Shown piece by piece: positions 8,981 through 18,633 of a stretch of DNA of 64,000 nucleotides (position 1 is the first letter of the stretch; each line of letters opens with the position of its first letter). The notes beneath the pieces were generated by a model, which was not told the origin of the DNA, made no database searches, and worked only from the letters and a program-made list of their open reading frames with translations. The position numbers and the translations under genes are program-made. This DNA comes from an uncultured Acetatifactor sp. (GTDB lineage Bacteria; Bacillota; Clostridia; Lachnospirales; Lachnospiraceae). Location of the stretch: contig CAJUJN010000006.1 in NCBI GenBank assembly GCA_910586775.1, forward strand, positions 26,344 through 90,343, in the 5' to 3' direction.

Positions 8981-10261
8981 ATGCCTGATACAAATACAAC
9001 AATCACACAGGAACCGGCAGCCAATACCGTCTCTTACGCCGGCAGCATCAAAATCAGCGTGGTCTCTTCTGTCGGAATGATTCCCATTGAAAATGCCACA
9101 GTCACCATATCATACACGGGAGACCCGGAAGAACCCCTGTTTGTCCTTACCACTGACAGTTCCGGGCAGACTCCCGTAACAGAGCTTCCGGCACCGCCCC
9201 TGAATCTGTCCCTGCAGCCGGAAAACGAACAGCAGCCTTATTCTGAATTTAATATTGAGGTCACGGCGGAAGGGTATGAGCCGGTACTGGTATCCGGTTC
9301 GGAGATTTTCGCAGATGAGCTTTCTCTCCAGCCCATCCGTATGAATCCCCTGGCGACCACGGAAGAAGGGGAAAAAACCATCATTATTCCCGCCCACACT
9401 TTATTCGGGGACTTTCCGCCCAAGATACCGGAGGATGAGATCAAGCCCATGCCGGAAAGCGGCGAAATCGTCCTGAGCCGTGTGGTAATCCCTGAATATG
9501 TCATAGTTCATGACGGGGTTCCCAACGACCCCACCGCACGCAATTACTGGGTAAGGTACAAGGATTATATTAAGAATGTGGCTTCCTGCGAAATATATTC
9601 CACCTGGCCGGAAAATGCGATTTATGCAAATCTTCTGGTGATTATGTCCTTTACGCTGAACAGAGTATATACCGAGTGGTACCGGAACCAGGGCTATGAT
9701 TTCACCATCACATCCTCCACCGCTTATGACCAGAAATGGGTATACGGACGGAATATTTTTGAAAATATTGATTACCTTGTAGATACGATTTTCGCAAATT
9801 ACCTGTCCCGCCCCGGCGTGCGTCAGCCCATATTCACTTCCTACTGCGACGGGCGCAGGGTGACCTGTTCGGGGTTAAGTCAGTGGGGTTCCATGTACCT
9901 GGCGGAGCAGGGTTATTCTGCCATTGAAATCATACGTTATTACTACGGAAATGATATGTATATCAATACGGCAGATATTATCTCAGGCGTCCCTTCCTCC
10001 TGGCCGGGATACAATCTGAGCCAGGGCTCCTCCGGCGAGAAGGTTCGACAGCTTCAGACTCAGCTGAACCGGATTGCAAGGAATTATCCCGCCGTCCCCA
10101 CCGTTACTGCGGACGGTATCTACGGACCGGCTACCGCTAATGCCATTCGGACTTTTCAGGGAATTTTCAATCTGCCCCAGACAGGGGTGACAGATTATGC
10201 CACATGGTATGAGGTTTCGGATATTTACGTAGGTGTTTCGAGAATTTCGGAACCGGGATGA
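8981..10261 (+). CDS. Peptidoglycan-binding domain protein with SpoIID/LytB-like central region and N-terminal beta-sandwich region
   Basis: The C-terminal segment GSSGEKVRQLQTQLNRIARNYPAVPTVTADGIYGPATANAIRTFQ is PG_binding_1-like. The ATG at 8981 is preceded by GAGGA. The ORF track starts at a GTG at 8966. Confidence 0.75.
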   Translation: MPDTNTTITQEPAANTVSYAGSIKISVVSSVGMIPIENATVTISYTGDPEEPLFVLTTDSSGQTPVTELPAPPLNLSLQPENEQQPYSEFNIEVTAEGYEPVLVSGSEIFADELSLQPIRMNPLATTEEGEKTIIIPAHTLFGDFPPKIPEDEIKPMPESGEIVLSRVVIPEYVIVHDGVPNDPTARNYWVRYKDYIKNVASCEIYSTWPENAIYANLLVIMSFTLNRVYTEWYRNQGYDFTITSSTAYDQKWVYGRNIFENIDYLVDTIFANYLSRPGVRQPIFTSYCDGRRVTCSGLSQWGSMYLAEQGYSAIEIIRYYYGNDMYINTADIISGVPSSWPGYNLSQGSSGEKVRQLQTQLNRIARNYPAVPTVTADGIYGPATANAIRTFQGIFNLPQTGVTDYATWYEVSDIYVGVSRISEPG

Positions 10262-10344
10262 AAAAAATTAGTGCATCCCTTCTTTCAGACACTGAAACCG
10301 CCACATCAGGCAGTCTCCGCACAGGATATGACATCCTGCAATAT

Positions 10345-10445
10345 TATACTGCGCACCGGTTAAATTACAGTACAACCCGACTGCAGACCGCCAGCCAGGT
10401 ACTTTCCCGGAGGCATCACTGTAAATCCTGGCTGTCTGCAGTATA
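10345..10445 (+). repeat. Copy 1 of a ~101-nt intergenic hairpin element with terminal inverted repeats TATACTGC / GCAGTATA
   Basis: About 88% identical to 39177-39278. The internal 14-bp stem pairs CTGCAGACCGCCAG with CTGGCTGTCTGCAG. It lies between convergent genes. Confidence 0.8.
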
Positions 10446-10492
10446 TCATATCCTGTGCCGGCACAGCATAATCCGCTTCAGCTCCGCCTGCT

Positions 10493-13400
10493 TTACTCTA
10501 CTCTGACAGTGCTCGTAATACCCTCCCTGTCTCTGGATTTCGTGACGATAATTTTCTTATCAATCCTGTCTTTCAACTCACCCACATGAGATATGATTCC
10601 CACCAGGCGTTTTCCTTCAGTAAGCTGTGTCAATGCTTTTATCGCCTGATTCAGGGCATCCTCGTCCAGGGAGCCGAATCCCTCGTCCACAAACATGGAG
10701 TCCATCCGGATTCCTCCCGCATAGGACTGAATTTCGTCCGCCAGCCCCAGGGCAAGGGACAGAGAGGCCTGAAAAGATTCTCCTCCCGAGAGGGTTTTCA
10801 CGCTTCGCTCCGTGGCATTGTAGTGGTCTGTGACGCTTAGTTCCAGACCGGCTTTCCTGTTGAGATTCTCCGCCTCCTGTACCCGCTTCAGTTCATACTG
10901 TCCGTTGCTCATGGTCATAAGCCGCAGATTCGCCCGCCTTATGATGCGGTCAAAATAAGTCATTTGAACATAGGTCTCCAGTTCGACCTTCTGTTTGCCG
11001 GTCAGGGTTCCGTTGGCAGTGTCTGACAGCGCTTTCATCCATACATATTTCTTTTCTACTACAGTTATGTCTTCCTGCTGTATCCTGACCTTCGACAGGA
11101 TATCCCGGTTCTGTAAAAGTGCCCGGTTCTTTCCGTCACGTTTTCCGCTCAGCAGCTTTTTCTCATCCTGCCGCTGCGCCTTTCTGGCCAGCACGTCCTC
11201 TTCCCTGGCGCATCCCGCCTCTCCTGCACCCGCAAGCTGTCTTCGAAGCGTATCTGCCGCCGATGCAAGACGCTCACTTTGTGTACGGCATTCCGTATAG
11301 CTTTCTTCGGCGGCCTTCCAGGCTGTCTCCAGGGAGATTTGGCAGTTTTGAAGCCATGCAATCTTTTCCTCGCAATCCTCTTTCGTGCCGTCTCCCAGCT
11401 GTCTGACAAGTCCGTCAATCTTTTCCTTCCTCGCTCTGAGTTCCGCCTCTTTTTCGGCGGCGGCCAGCTCTGATCTCTGTATTTCTTCTTCCAGCTTTCC
11501 GATTCGTCCTTCCGTCTCAGGAATCAGAATGCCCAGTTCCTGCCGGATTCGCAGTTCTTCCTGTTTTCTCTCCAATTGTGTTTCCAGCAGGGCCAGTTCT
11601 TCTCCCAGTCTCTTCTCCGTGTCAAAGGCAAGCTCTCTCAGTGCTTCCTCCTCGTTTCGCCCGGATACCGGGATATCCTTATCACTCTCCCCGAAAGATG
11701 TGACTACTGCACCTCTCAGTTTCAGTGCCGCCTTTATCTCCCCGATCTTCTTACTGTTCTCAGGCGACGGAGCATTTTCATCCTCCTGTCCTTCCCAATA
11801 CACCAGCAGATTCTCCAGAAGCTGCCCGGCTTTTTCCATTCTCCTGCTCTTAACTGCCGTCAGCTGTGTTTCCATTTCACCCAGCAATTCTTTTATCTGC
11901 AGCCGAACCTCTTCTTTCCGAAGCCTGTCTGCCTTCATCTGTTCCCGGAATCCGATTTCCTCTTCGAGCCCCTTTTTCCAGTTCTCCAGGTCCTCCAGAT
12001 AGCTCTGTATGAAAAATACCGCTTCGGGCAGCTCTGCGGATTTGCACGCCCCTGCATCCTGCAGAATATTCTTTGATTCCTGCCCGGATTGACAAAACTC
12101 CATTCCTCTGATTTCCGTCTGCTTTTTCAACTGTATATCGGCTTCTTTCAGAAGCTGAATCGTCACTTCGTATTCCCTAGTAAGCTGCTGTTCCGCAGTA
12201 TCCGCCTGCCCTTTCAGCTGTGCGCAATACGCCTTCTGTTCTGCAGTTTCAGCCTCCAGTTCCTGCTTTTCCCTCTCCGCCTCCTCAGCCTTCGCTTCCA
12301 GGGCTTCCAGACGCCTGCGTCCTGCCTGAGCCTGCTGAAGCGCTTCTCCCGCCTGTTTTTGAGCTTCCTGCAGATAATCGGACATTTTGTCCCGTTTTTC
12401 CGGCAGCCCTTCCATAAGCACTTCCGGAAAATCCAACTCCGAAATCAGTTTCTTCCACTGTTTCTGCCGTTCCTCCAACTGACCTTCCACCGTGTGATAA
12501 ACCTGCATCGCAGCCTGCTGCCTGCTGTCCAGTTCCTTCTGCAGGCTTTCTGCCTCTTTCATCAGCGCATCCAGGTCCCTTTTCCGAAGACAGGCGCTCT
12601 CGGCTCTTTGCAATTCCAGCTTCAATTGTTCTGCCTTCTGTCTTATCAGACGCCCTGCTTCTGACAGTTTATCACGCAGCGCTTCCGGCGTCGGTTCACC
12701 TTCCTGTGTCTGCCCGCTTCTCCCGGAAATAGTTTCTGCCTGTTTTGAAGCCGCCTCATCTCCCGGCCTTTCCGCAATTTCAGATTCTACTCCGACTTCA
12801 GTATGTTCCTGTGTTCCAATCCCCAATGCCCCAAAAAATTCCGAAGCCTGTCCCCCAATCCTGCACCATTGTTCCTCAAGCTGCTCTCCCAGATTCCCGG
12901 CACTTGCGCTGAGCTCTGCGGCTCTCTGTTCCGCCGCCGAAAGCTGTTTCTTTTTGCTTTCCAGCTCGTCTTTCTCCGGAACATGCTCCGGAATCAGTGC
13001 CTTTACAGGATGATGCGTGGAACCGCAGACAGGACATGCCTCCCCCTCCTTTAATTCCCGGGCCAGCAGCCCGGCCTGGGCATCCAGAAAACACTGTTCC
13101 AGCTTCCGGTAGGCCTCTCCCAGTTTTTCTTTTTCATCCGAAGCGATTCTGTACTCCTGACGGATGCCGTCAAGCTTATTCCGGCTTTCTTCCCAACGGA
13201 GCACATCCCCGGTCAGGTTCTTCCGCATGCTCTCCGCTTCCAGCATCTTATCCTTCCGCCCTGTTAAAATCAGTTTGTCCGCTTCGCAATCCTTAATCTG
13301 CTCCCATTCCTCCGCGTAAACTTTCCCTGCTTCTCTCTGCTTTTCCGCCGCCATACACTGCCGTTCATAAGCCTGTTTCAGCCCGGCCGCCTGTTCCTCT

Positions 13401-15079
13401 GAAGCTTTCAGATTATCTGCCTGCTCCCGGAAACGTCTCAGTCTGTCCTCCGCTGCCTCCGCCTGGCTGCGGCATGCAATCTCCTTCTCCCGGATGCCTT
13501 TTAGCCCGTCCTGTTCCTTTCTTCGCTCCTTCTCTTCCTCCTGTACCTTTTCCGCACGGACTGCCAGTTTCTCCAGGGCCGCGGCAGCACGGCTCCTCTC
13601 CTGTCCTGTCCTGCTTAAACCTTTTCCCAGCTCCTCCAGACATTCCATCCGTTCCTTCAGCTTCCTTCCCGTCTCCTCCACGGTAAAAAGCATTTCGTTG
13701 CGGTCGGCCAGGCGCTCTTCTTTCTTCTGCAGCTCTTCAATGTCGGATGTCAATTCTTTTTCTTTTTCTCGGTTTATCGCTATATCTTTTTCTGCGGCTT
13801 CCTGCCCGCGGATTTCCTGTTTCCATCCTTCAGATTGCCGATGCAGATTCTGTCTCTGCTGCAGTGCATTCTTCCTTTTATTTTCCAGGCGCTCCTTTTC
13901 CTGCCCCGCCATTTCCAGAGCCCTGTAACGTTCCTGCTGTACCTGCAAAGTCTCTCTGGAAACCTGCCTTTGTCCGGCAAGTGACTCTTTCCGCTTCCTT
14001 TCCCCGGCAATTGTCAGTTCATCTGCCTGCTGCGCTTTTCTCTCCCCATCCAGGCTGTCAAAAAGTTCCAGATTCTTCTGCTCCTGCTGAATCCGGATTT
14101 CCAGCTGGCTGCACTCGCTGCCTGCCTTTTTGGCCTCCTCCCAACGCGCCTTCCGCTTCACAAGCTCCGGCTGCAGTTCCTCAAACTGCTTCCGTGTCTC
14201 TTCAAGCGTCTTTCTCTGCTCCTCCACATGCCTGATGCTCCCCAGCAGCTGCTCTTCTCTCCTGATTTTTTCCTCCAGGTCTTCCAGTTCGGAGTCCATT
14301 GTCTCCAGCGCCTCCGCATCCTCTCTGCACAGTTCCTCCAGCAGTTCCATGCCTTCCCTTATACGGCCGTCAAATGTTTCCTTCTGCAATTCCCTCAGCC
14401 GCATTGCCGCGCGCACATTCTCTGCATCCTGGTATACAATTCCGTCCATGTACTGGCTGATGCTGCGCTTTAATTCGCTGTATTCCTGCTCCTGCTGCCT
14501 GACTTCCGTTTTCAGCTTCTCCTGGATGTCCTGATAAAGGGCAGTATTGAATATCTGCCGGAATATGGGACTTCTGTCCCTGGTCTCCGCCAGCAGAAGC
14601 TTCTGGAAATCTCCCTGGGCAATCATGACTATCTGCGTGAACTGCTTCCGGTTCAGCCCGATCAGCTCCGTCACCGCCCTGGTCACATCCTTCGTTTTCG
14701 TCACCGGAGCCCTTCCGTCAGGATAGAGCAGCTCTGCATCGGCATCCGTCTTCGTATATCCCGTTCCTCTTTTCTTAAGCCTGTAATACTCCGGATTTCG
14801 TTTTACAGTATACTGTTTTTCATGATATACGAAAGTAAATTCCACATATGTCGGAACGGTATCCTCCGCGTATTTACTGCGGAACATATCCGCCGTCCGC
14901 ACCCCTCCGCTGGCTTCTCCATATAAAGCAAACGTAATTGCGTCAAAAATGGTGGTCTTACCCGCTCCCGTATCCCCTGTGATCAGATACAGTCCGCTTC
15001 CCCCGAATCTGCCGAAATCTATTTCCGTCCTGTCCGCATATGGTCCAAAGGCACTCATAATCAGTTTAACCGGTTTCAT
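10493..15079 (-). CDS. sbcC: SbcC/Rad50-family double-strand-break repair ATPase, unusually long (1528 aa)
   Basis: N-terminal Walker A GDTGAGKTT, zinc hook CPVCGSTHHP, C-terminal signature LSGGESF and Walker B MFVDEGFGSLD. The ATG at 15079 is preceded by GGAGG. Confidence 0.93.
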   Translation of the reverse strand: MKPVKLIMSAFGPYADRTEIDFGRFGGSGLYLITGDTGAGKTTIFDAITFALYGEASGGVRTADMFRSKYAEDTVPTYVEFTFVYHEKQYTVKRNPEYYRLKKRGTGYTKTDADAELLYPDGRAPVTKTKDVTRAVTELIGLNRKQFTQIVMIAQGDFQKLLLAETRDRSPIFRQIFNTALYQDIQEKLKTEVRQQEQEYSELKRSISQYMDGIVYQDAENVRAAMRLRELQKETFDGRIREGMELLEELCREDAEALETMDSELEDLEEKIRREEQLLGSIRHVEEQRKTLEETRKQFEELQPELVKRKARWEEAKKAGSECSQLEIRIQQEQKNLELFDSLDGERKAQQADELTIAGERKRKESLAGQRQVSRETLQVQQERYRALEMAGQEKERLENKRKNALQQRQNLHRQSEGWKQEIRGQEAAEKDIAINREKEKELTSDIEELQKKEERLADRNEMLFTVEETGRKLKERMECLEELGKGLSRTGQERSRAAAALEKLAVRAEKVQEEEKERRKEQDGLKGIREKEIACRSQAEAAEDRLRRFREQADNLKASEEQAAGLKQAYERQCMAAEKQREAGKVYAEEWEQIKDCEADKLILTGRKDKMLEAESMRKNLTGDVLRWEESRNKLDGIRQEYRIASDEKEKLGEAYRKLEQCFLDAQAGLLARELKEGEACPVCGSTHHPVKALIPEHVPEKDELESKKKQLSAAEQRAAELSASAGNLGEQLEEQWCRIGGQASEFFGALGIGTQEHTEVGVESEIAERPGDEAASKQAETISGRSGQTQEGEPTPEALRDKLSEAGRLIRQKAEQLKLELQRAESACLRKRDLDALMKEAESLQKELDSRQQAAMQVYHTVEGQLEERQKQWKKLISELDFPEVLMEGLPEKRDKMSDYLQEAQKQAGEALQQAQAGRRRLEALEAKAEEAEREKQELEAETAEQKAYCAQLKGQADTAEQQLTREYEVTIQLLKEADIQLKKQTEIRGMEFCQSGQESKNILQDAGACKSAELPEAVFFIQSYLEDLENWKKGLEEEIGFREQMKADRLRKEEVRLQIKELLGEMETQLTAVKSRRMEKAGQLLENLLVYWEGQEDENAPSPENSKKIGEIKAALKLRGAVVTSFGESDKDIPVSGRNEEEALRELAFDTEKRLGEELALLETQLERKQEELRIRQELGILIPETEGRIGKLEEEIQRSELAAAEKEAELRARKEKIDGLVRQLGDGTKEDCEEKIAWLQNCQISLETAWKAAEESYTECRTQSERLASAADTLRRQLAGAGEAGCAREEDVLARKAQRQDEKKLLSGKRDGKNRALLQNRDILSKVRIQQEDITVVEKKYVWMKALSDTANGTLTGKQKVELETYVQMTYFDRIIRRANLRLMTMSNGQYELKRVQEAENLNRKAGLELSVTDHYNATERSVKTLSGGESFQASLSLALGLADEIQSYAGGIRMDSMFVDEGFGSLDEDALNQAIKALTQLTEGKRLVGIISHVGELKDRIDKKIIVTKSRDREGITSTVRVE

Positions 15080-15130
15080 CTTACACTCCTCCATACGTCA
15101 GCGGCCGTACACCCCTGTTCAGCGTAAGTC

Positions 15131-16291
15131 TCACGCTTCCCCAAGCAGCTGCCTGATCACACTCTTCACAAAATCCGTCTGTTCCTCGTTCATGGGCTGA
15201 TTGTTCTGCAACTCGTAAAATTCCCCGAAAAGCTCCAGTTCCGACTTCCGCTCCACGGCCTCCGCAGCTTCTATACCGTTTTCCTGTCTCGTACGGCGGT
15301 TGTCATAGGAAAGACGCATTAAATTCGGATAAATAATGCGAAGCTTCTGCAGACCGTCAGGTATATCCTCTTCATCCGTCAAGGTCACCTGGACATAGTC
15401 TTCTCTGTCAAAATCCTGGTAAAAAGACTTCGCAGTCACCTCCAGATAAGTCCCCCTGATCTTCCGCATGTCCCGCAGGGGTACCAGCGGTACCGTGGAA
15501 ACCGTCACATTCCCCTTCTCGCCCATCTCCAGAATCGTGACGGATTTTATCTGCTCCGCCTCGGAAAAAGAATATTTCAAAGGCGTACCGCAATAGCGAA
15601 CGCTCTCCCGCCCCACAGACTGAGGACTGTGAATATGTCCAAGCGCCACATAGTCGAAACCGTCAAACACCTCTGCATCCACATTGTCCATGCCTCCTAC
15701 GGCTACGTCCTCCGAGTCGCAGCGTCCCGCACCTGTGACAAACTGATGCGCCACCAGGATATTGCGCTTCTCAGAGTCTATCGGCATGCGTTCGACCGCC
15801 GTCTTTACGGCATCCTGATAACTATCCGGAAGCGGTATTTCCTGCCCTTCTGATGCACCGGAATTTTCCAGGGCGTGACGCACTGTGGCAGGTTTCACAT
15901 AGGGAAGCAGGTACACGAAAATCTCCCCGTATTCGTCCGCCAGCGGGATTCCTCTGACTTCTCCCCCATATACCGGGGACATATAGACATTCCGCCCGCT
16001 CATCAGCTCCGCGCCAAAAGCTATCCGCTCCGGCGAATCATGGTTTCCGCTGACCACAAACACACTCATTTTCCTGTCCGCAAACGCCGTCAGAAAAGAA
16101 TCAAATATCTGCACTGCCTCCGCGGACGGAACCGGCTTGTCGTATATATCTCCGGCAATCAGAACCGCTTCCGCCCGTTCCCGCTCCGCAATGCCCAGTA
16201 TCTGTCTTAAAATATGTTTTTGATCCTCAATCATGGAAAATTCGTTGACGCGCTTTCCGATATGTAAATCTGATATGTGCAGAAATTTCAT
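15131..16291 (-). CDS. sbcD: SbcD/Mre11-family nuclease
   Basis: MKFLHISDLHIGKR, GDIYD, SGNHD and GHIH phosphoesterase motifs. The longer ORF-track start at 16375 overlaps the upstream gene. Confidence 0.92.
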   Translation of the reverse strand: MKFLHISDLHIGKRVNEFSMIEDQKHILRQILGIAERERAEAVLIAGDIYDKPVPSAEAVQIFDSFLTAFADRKMSVFVVSGNHDSPERIAFGAELMSGRNVYMSPVYGGEVRGIPLADEYGEIFVYLLPYVKPATVRHALENSGASEGQEIPLPDSYQDAVKTAVERMPIDSEKRNILVAHQFVTGAGRCDSEDVAVGGMDNVDAEVFDGFDYVALGHIHSPQSVGRESVRYCGTPLKYSFSEAEQIKSVTILEMGEKGNVTVSTVPLVPLRDMRKIRGTYLEVTAKSFYQDFDREDYVQVTLTDEEDIPDGLQKLRIIYPNLMRLSYDNRRTRQENGIEAAEAVERKSELELFGEFYELQNNQPMNEEQTDFVKSVIRQLLGEA

Positions 16292-16331
16292 CGATATCCC
16301 CCGTTCCTTTTTCAGGTATTCCTGAATCCTT

Positions 16332-16763
16332 TTATCCTTCCCACTCCTCATATTCCGGTTCTTCAGCCGCCTCATGTCTCAGCAGCCCAAGAATCACGTG
16401 ATAAATCCCCCGAAATACGGAAAACACCAGAAACATGCTGATAAAACCCAACACCCCAAACATGATGTCCGCAAATTCCATCGCCCCTGTATTGGTGATT
16501 CTCTGGCCAATCTCAATGGCAAATGTAATCACAATAATTAGCGTAAATACGTATATCCAGCTGATTGCCATGACATGGTTGTTTTTCGCCAGCCATTTGA
16601 ACAGTGGATGTACCACGAATATCATCGCCATTCCAAGCGCGCCTATAATCAGAAAATGCAGTTCCTTATCCGTAAAATCATACTCATAAGCGTCATTCAT
16701 CCGCAGCAGAAATCTGTGTATCTTCGCAATCATCTCTACCACGGCGTACAAAAATTCTTTCAT
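16332..16763 (-). CDS. Small integral membrane protein, unknown function
   Basis: 143-aa ORF with 3-4 hydrophobic helices. It lies directly upstream of sbcD on the same strand. Confidence 0.6.
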   Translation of the reverse strand: MKEFLYAVVEMIAKIHRFLLRMNDAYEYDFTDKELHFLIIGALGMAMIFVVHPLFKWLAKNNHVMAISWIYVFTLIIVITFAIEIGQRITNTGAMEFADIMFGVLGFISMFLVFSVFRGIYHVILGLLRHEAAEEPEYEEWEG

Positions 16764-16786
16764 TTGTATTTCCTTTCCAGGTTGTT

Positions 16787-16999
16787 TCAGTATTCTTTGG
16801 CCAGATCCGTAATTGCATACTTATGCTTGAATGCTTCCAGTTCCTCGTCATCCCGAATAAAACACTCTTCCTTAAATTCACCTGTATGTATGTTTTTGAA
16901 GCCCGCAACTCTTTCACCGTTGCAAATGCTGCATTTCAATACAGGCCTCCAGTTTTCCCTGTCGTAATCTGCCTGTTGTATCCGTTTTCTTCTGAACAT
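16787..16999 (-). CDS. Small conserved-looking cytoplasmic protein, unknown function
   Basis: 70-aa ORF containing CSICNGE. It lies 23 nt upstream of the next gene. Confidence 0.45.
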   Translation of the reverse strand: MFRRKRIQQADYDRENWRPVLKCSICNGERVAGFKNIHTGEFKEECFIRDDEELEAFKHKYAITDLAKEY

Positions 17000-17161
17000 C
17001 TGATTCTCCTGTTCCAGTGCTGCATATCCCCTCCCGATACCTCACTCGGGCAGGGCATGGCATCTCTTTTGGATAATAGAATAACATATTCAGCCTGTTT
17101 CTTCAAGGCACAGAGCATCCCTGTTCCACGGGGTTCCATGCAATATTTCTGCAAGGTCCTG

Positions 17162-18298
17162 CTATGCCTCTGTAAAATAAACCCCCATCCCTTCAGACAT
17201 GACAATACTTCCATCCGACATAACAAACAGTACATCCACTCCGTATTCCGATGCCAGCTCCATCCCCCGCTCCGGCCCCAGAAGAAAGCATGCTGTGGAA
17301 AGTCCGTCGCTGAGCAGCCCGTCCTTTGCAAGAATCGTCACTCCCCGCACGTCGCTGACGGCAGGATATCCTGTATCCGGGTCCAGAATATGATGATAAC
17401 GTCTCCCGTCTATCTCCACATACCGCTCATAATCCCCGGAAGTAGAGACACACCACTGCCCTTCCAGAGACAGAATCCCCACATTGGAAGAAGTGTCAAA
17501 AGGATTGACAATACCCACTTTCCAGGTGCTTCCATCCGGCTTGTCTCCGAAAGTCAGGATGCTGCCACCCAGGGATATCACCGCTCCCCTGATTCCCGCC
17601 TCTTCCAGGAGACTGCCAAGTCTGGACTGCGCAAGCCCTTTTCCCACGGCTCCCAGATCAAGCTGCATTCCTTCCGGCAGGAAAAGCTTCGCTTCTCCCT
17701 CCCCGGAATCAGCCGGGACTAACCTCACTTTACCGCTTCCGCACATACATAACGCCTGTTCCAGCTCTGCCGGGGAAGGCAGCTGAAAGCCCTCTGCTCC
17801 CCCATCATCCGTACCGCCGGCTGCCCATTTGTCAATGTTCCACAATCTCGTCAACGGTCCCAACGTCACATCAAAGGCACCGTCCGAACGCTCATATAAT
17901 TCCAGGCAATCCTCCAGCAATGCCGCCATCTCTTCAGAGATACCGCATCCTTCTCCGTTCCCGGAAGACGCATTGATACGCCATACTTCGGATGTCTCCA
18001 GACGCCAGGACAGCTCCTCCTGCTCCAGCTCCCGCAAAAGCGCCATGGATTTATCATTAAAGCTCTCTGCCGCCTCCCGGGAGGCATAGACAGTCTGCTG
18101 TACCACTGTTCCCATGGCAGTGTCCACATACCGTCTGGCTATGACATCCTGTTCTACGGCTCTGCCAGAGCCCTGTTCTACGGAATCCGTATTATCTCCC
18201 GCCGGATTGGTTCCGTAACTGCCGTTTTCTCTTCCACAGCTACAGCAAAAAACTGCGGCAATCACCGCCGTACGAAAAAAAAACTTCATTTTTCTCAT
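17162..18298 (-). CDS. apbE: FAD:protein FMN transferase (ApbE family) lipoprotein
   Basis: Lipoprotein-like signal MKFFFRTAVIAAVFCCSCG. ApbE-like DLGAVGKGLA and TSGDYERY motifs. The start is chosen among the clustered ATGs at 18298/18289. Confidence 0.85.
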   Translation of the reverse strand: MRKMKFFFRTAVIAAVFCCSCGRENGSYGTNPAGDNTDSVEQGSGRAVEQDVIARRYVDTAMGTVVQQTVYASREAAESFNDKSMALLRELEQEELSWRLETSEVWRINASSGNGEGCGISEEMAALLEDCLELYERSDGAFDVTLGPLTRLWNIDKWAAGGTDDGGAEGFQLPSPAELEQALCMCGSGKVRLVPADSGEGEAKLFLPEGMQLDLGAVGKGLAQSRLGSLLEEAGIRGAVISLGGSILTFGDKPDGSTWKVGIVNPFDTSSNVGILSLEGQWCVSTSGDYERYVEIDGRRYHHILDPDTGYPAVSDVRGVTILAKDGLLSDGLSTACFLLGPERGMELASEYGVDVLFVMSDGSIVMSEGMGVYFTEA

Positions 18299-18633
18299 TC
18301 TTTTTGCTATACTATACCCGTAAGTATAGTCCTTTCCCTTATCTGTGCTGCATTGCGCCATACATGCTCACTCGTTATACATGAAAGTCGATTCATTTTT
18401 TAAGGCAAGTATAAACAATAGGAAATGATTGCATGATTTCTGCCATCCTCCCTGATGCCGGCTCCGGTATTCCGGTATTATTGCAGGCCAAGCACAGAAC
18501 CAGAGCAATGTAATGCAACACATATTTATAGAAAGCAAGTTCATCTTCCTGTAGTGCGCCGGCACATGCCGTTACAATAGTTGAATGCAGTGCAAAAGAT
18601 GCGCCTTACATATAATAATAAATAATATTCTGC

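Noticed and set aside
11385-12002. A Ser-rich 205-aa plus-strand ORF, and similar ORFs across 11000-14500.
   Set aside because: They are antisense to the Glu/Lys/Leu-rich coiled-coil region of sbcC. GAA/GAG/CTG codons read as TTC/CTC/CAG on the other strand. They are low-complexity and have no start context.
10493-16291. The sbcCD pair as a phage-defence module (Lamassu-, Wadjet- or Gabija-like SMC/nuclease systems).
   Set aside because: SbcD has the full Mre11 phosphoesterase motif set. SbcC has canonical Rad50 heads and a zinc hook. No additional defence-type partners (kleisin, Toprim, OLD, Cap4-like) are adjacent. Housekeeping repair genes are the simpler explanation, despite the unusual length.
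18368-18565. A 65-aa minus-strand ORF in the apbE / NusG-II divergent region.
   Set aside because: It has no RBS and an odd composition. It lies in the expected promoter region, and its 3-prime end (stop side) contains the repeat motif CTCACTCGTTATACAT.
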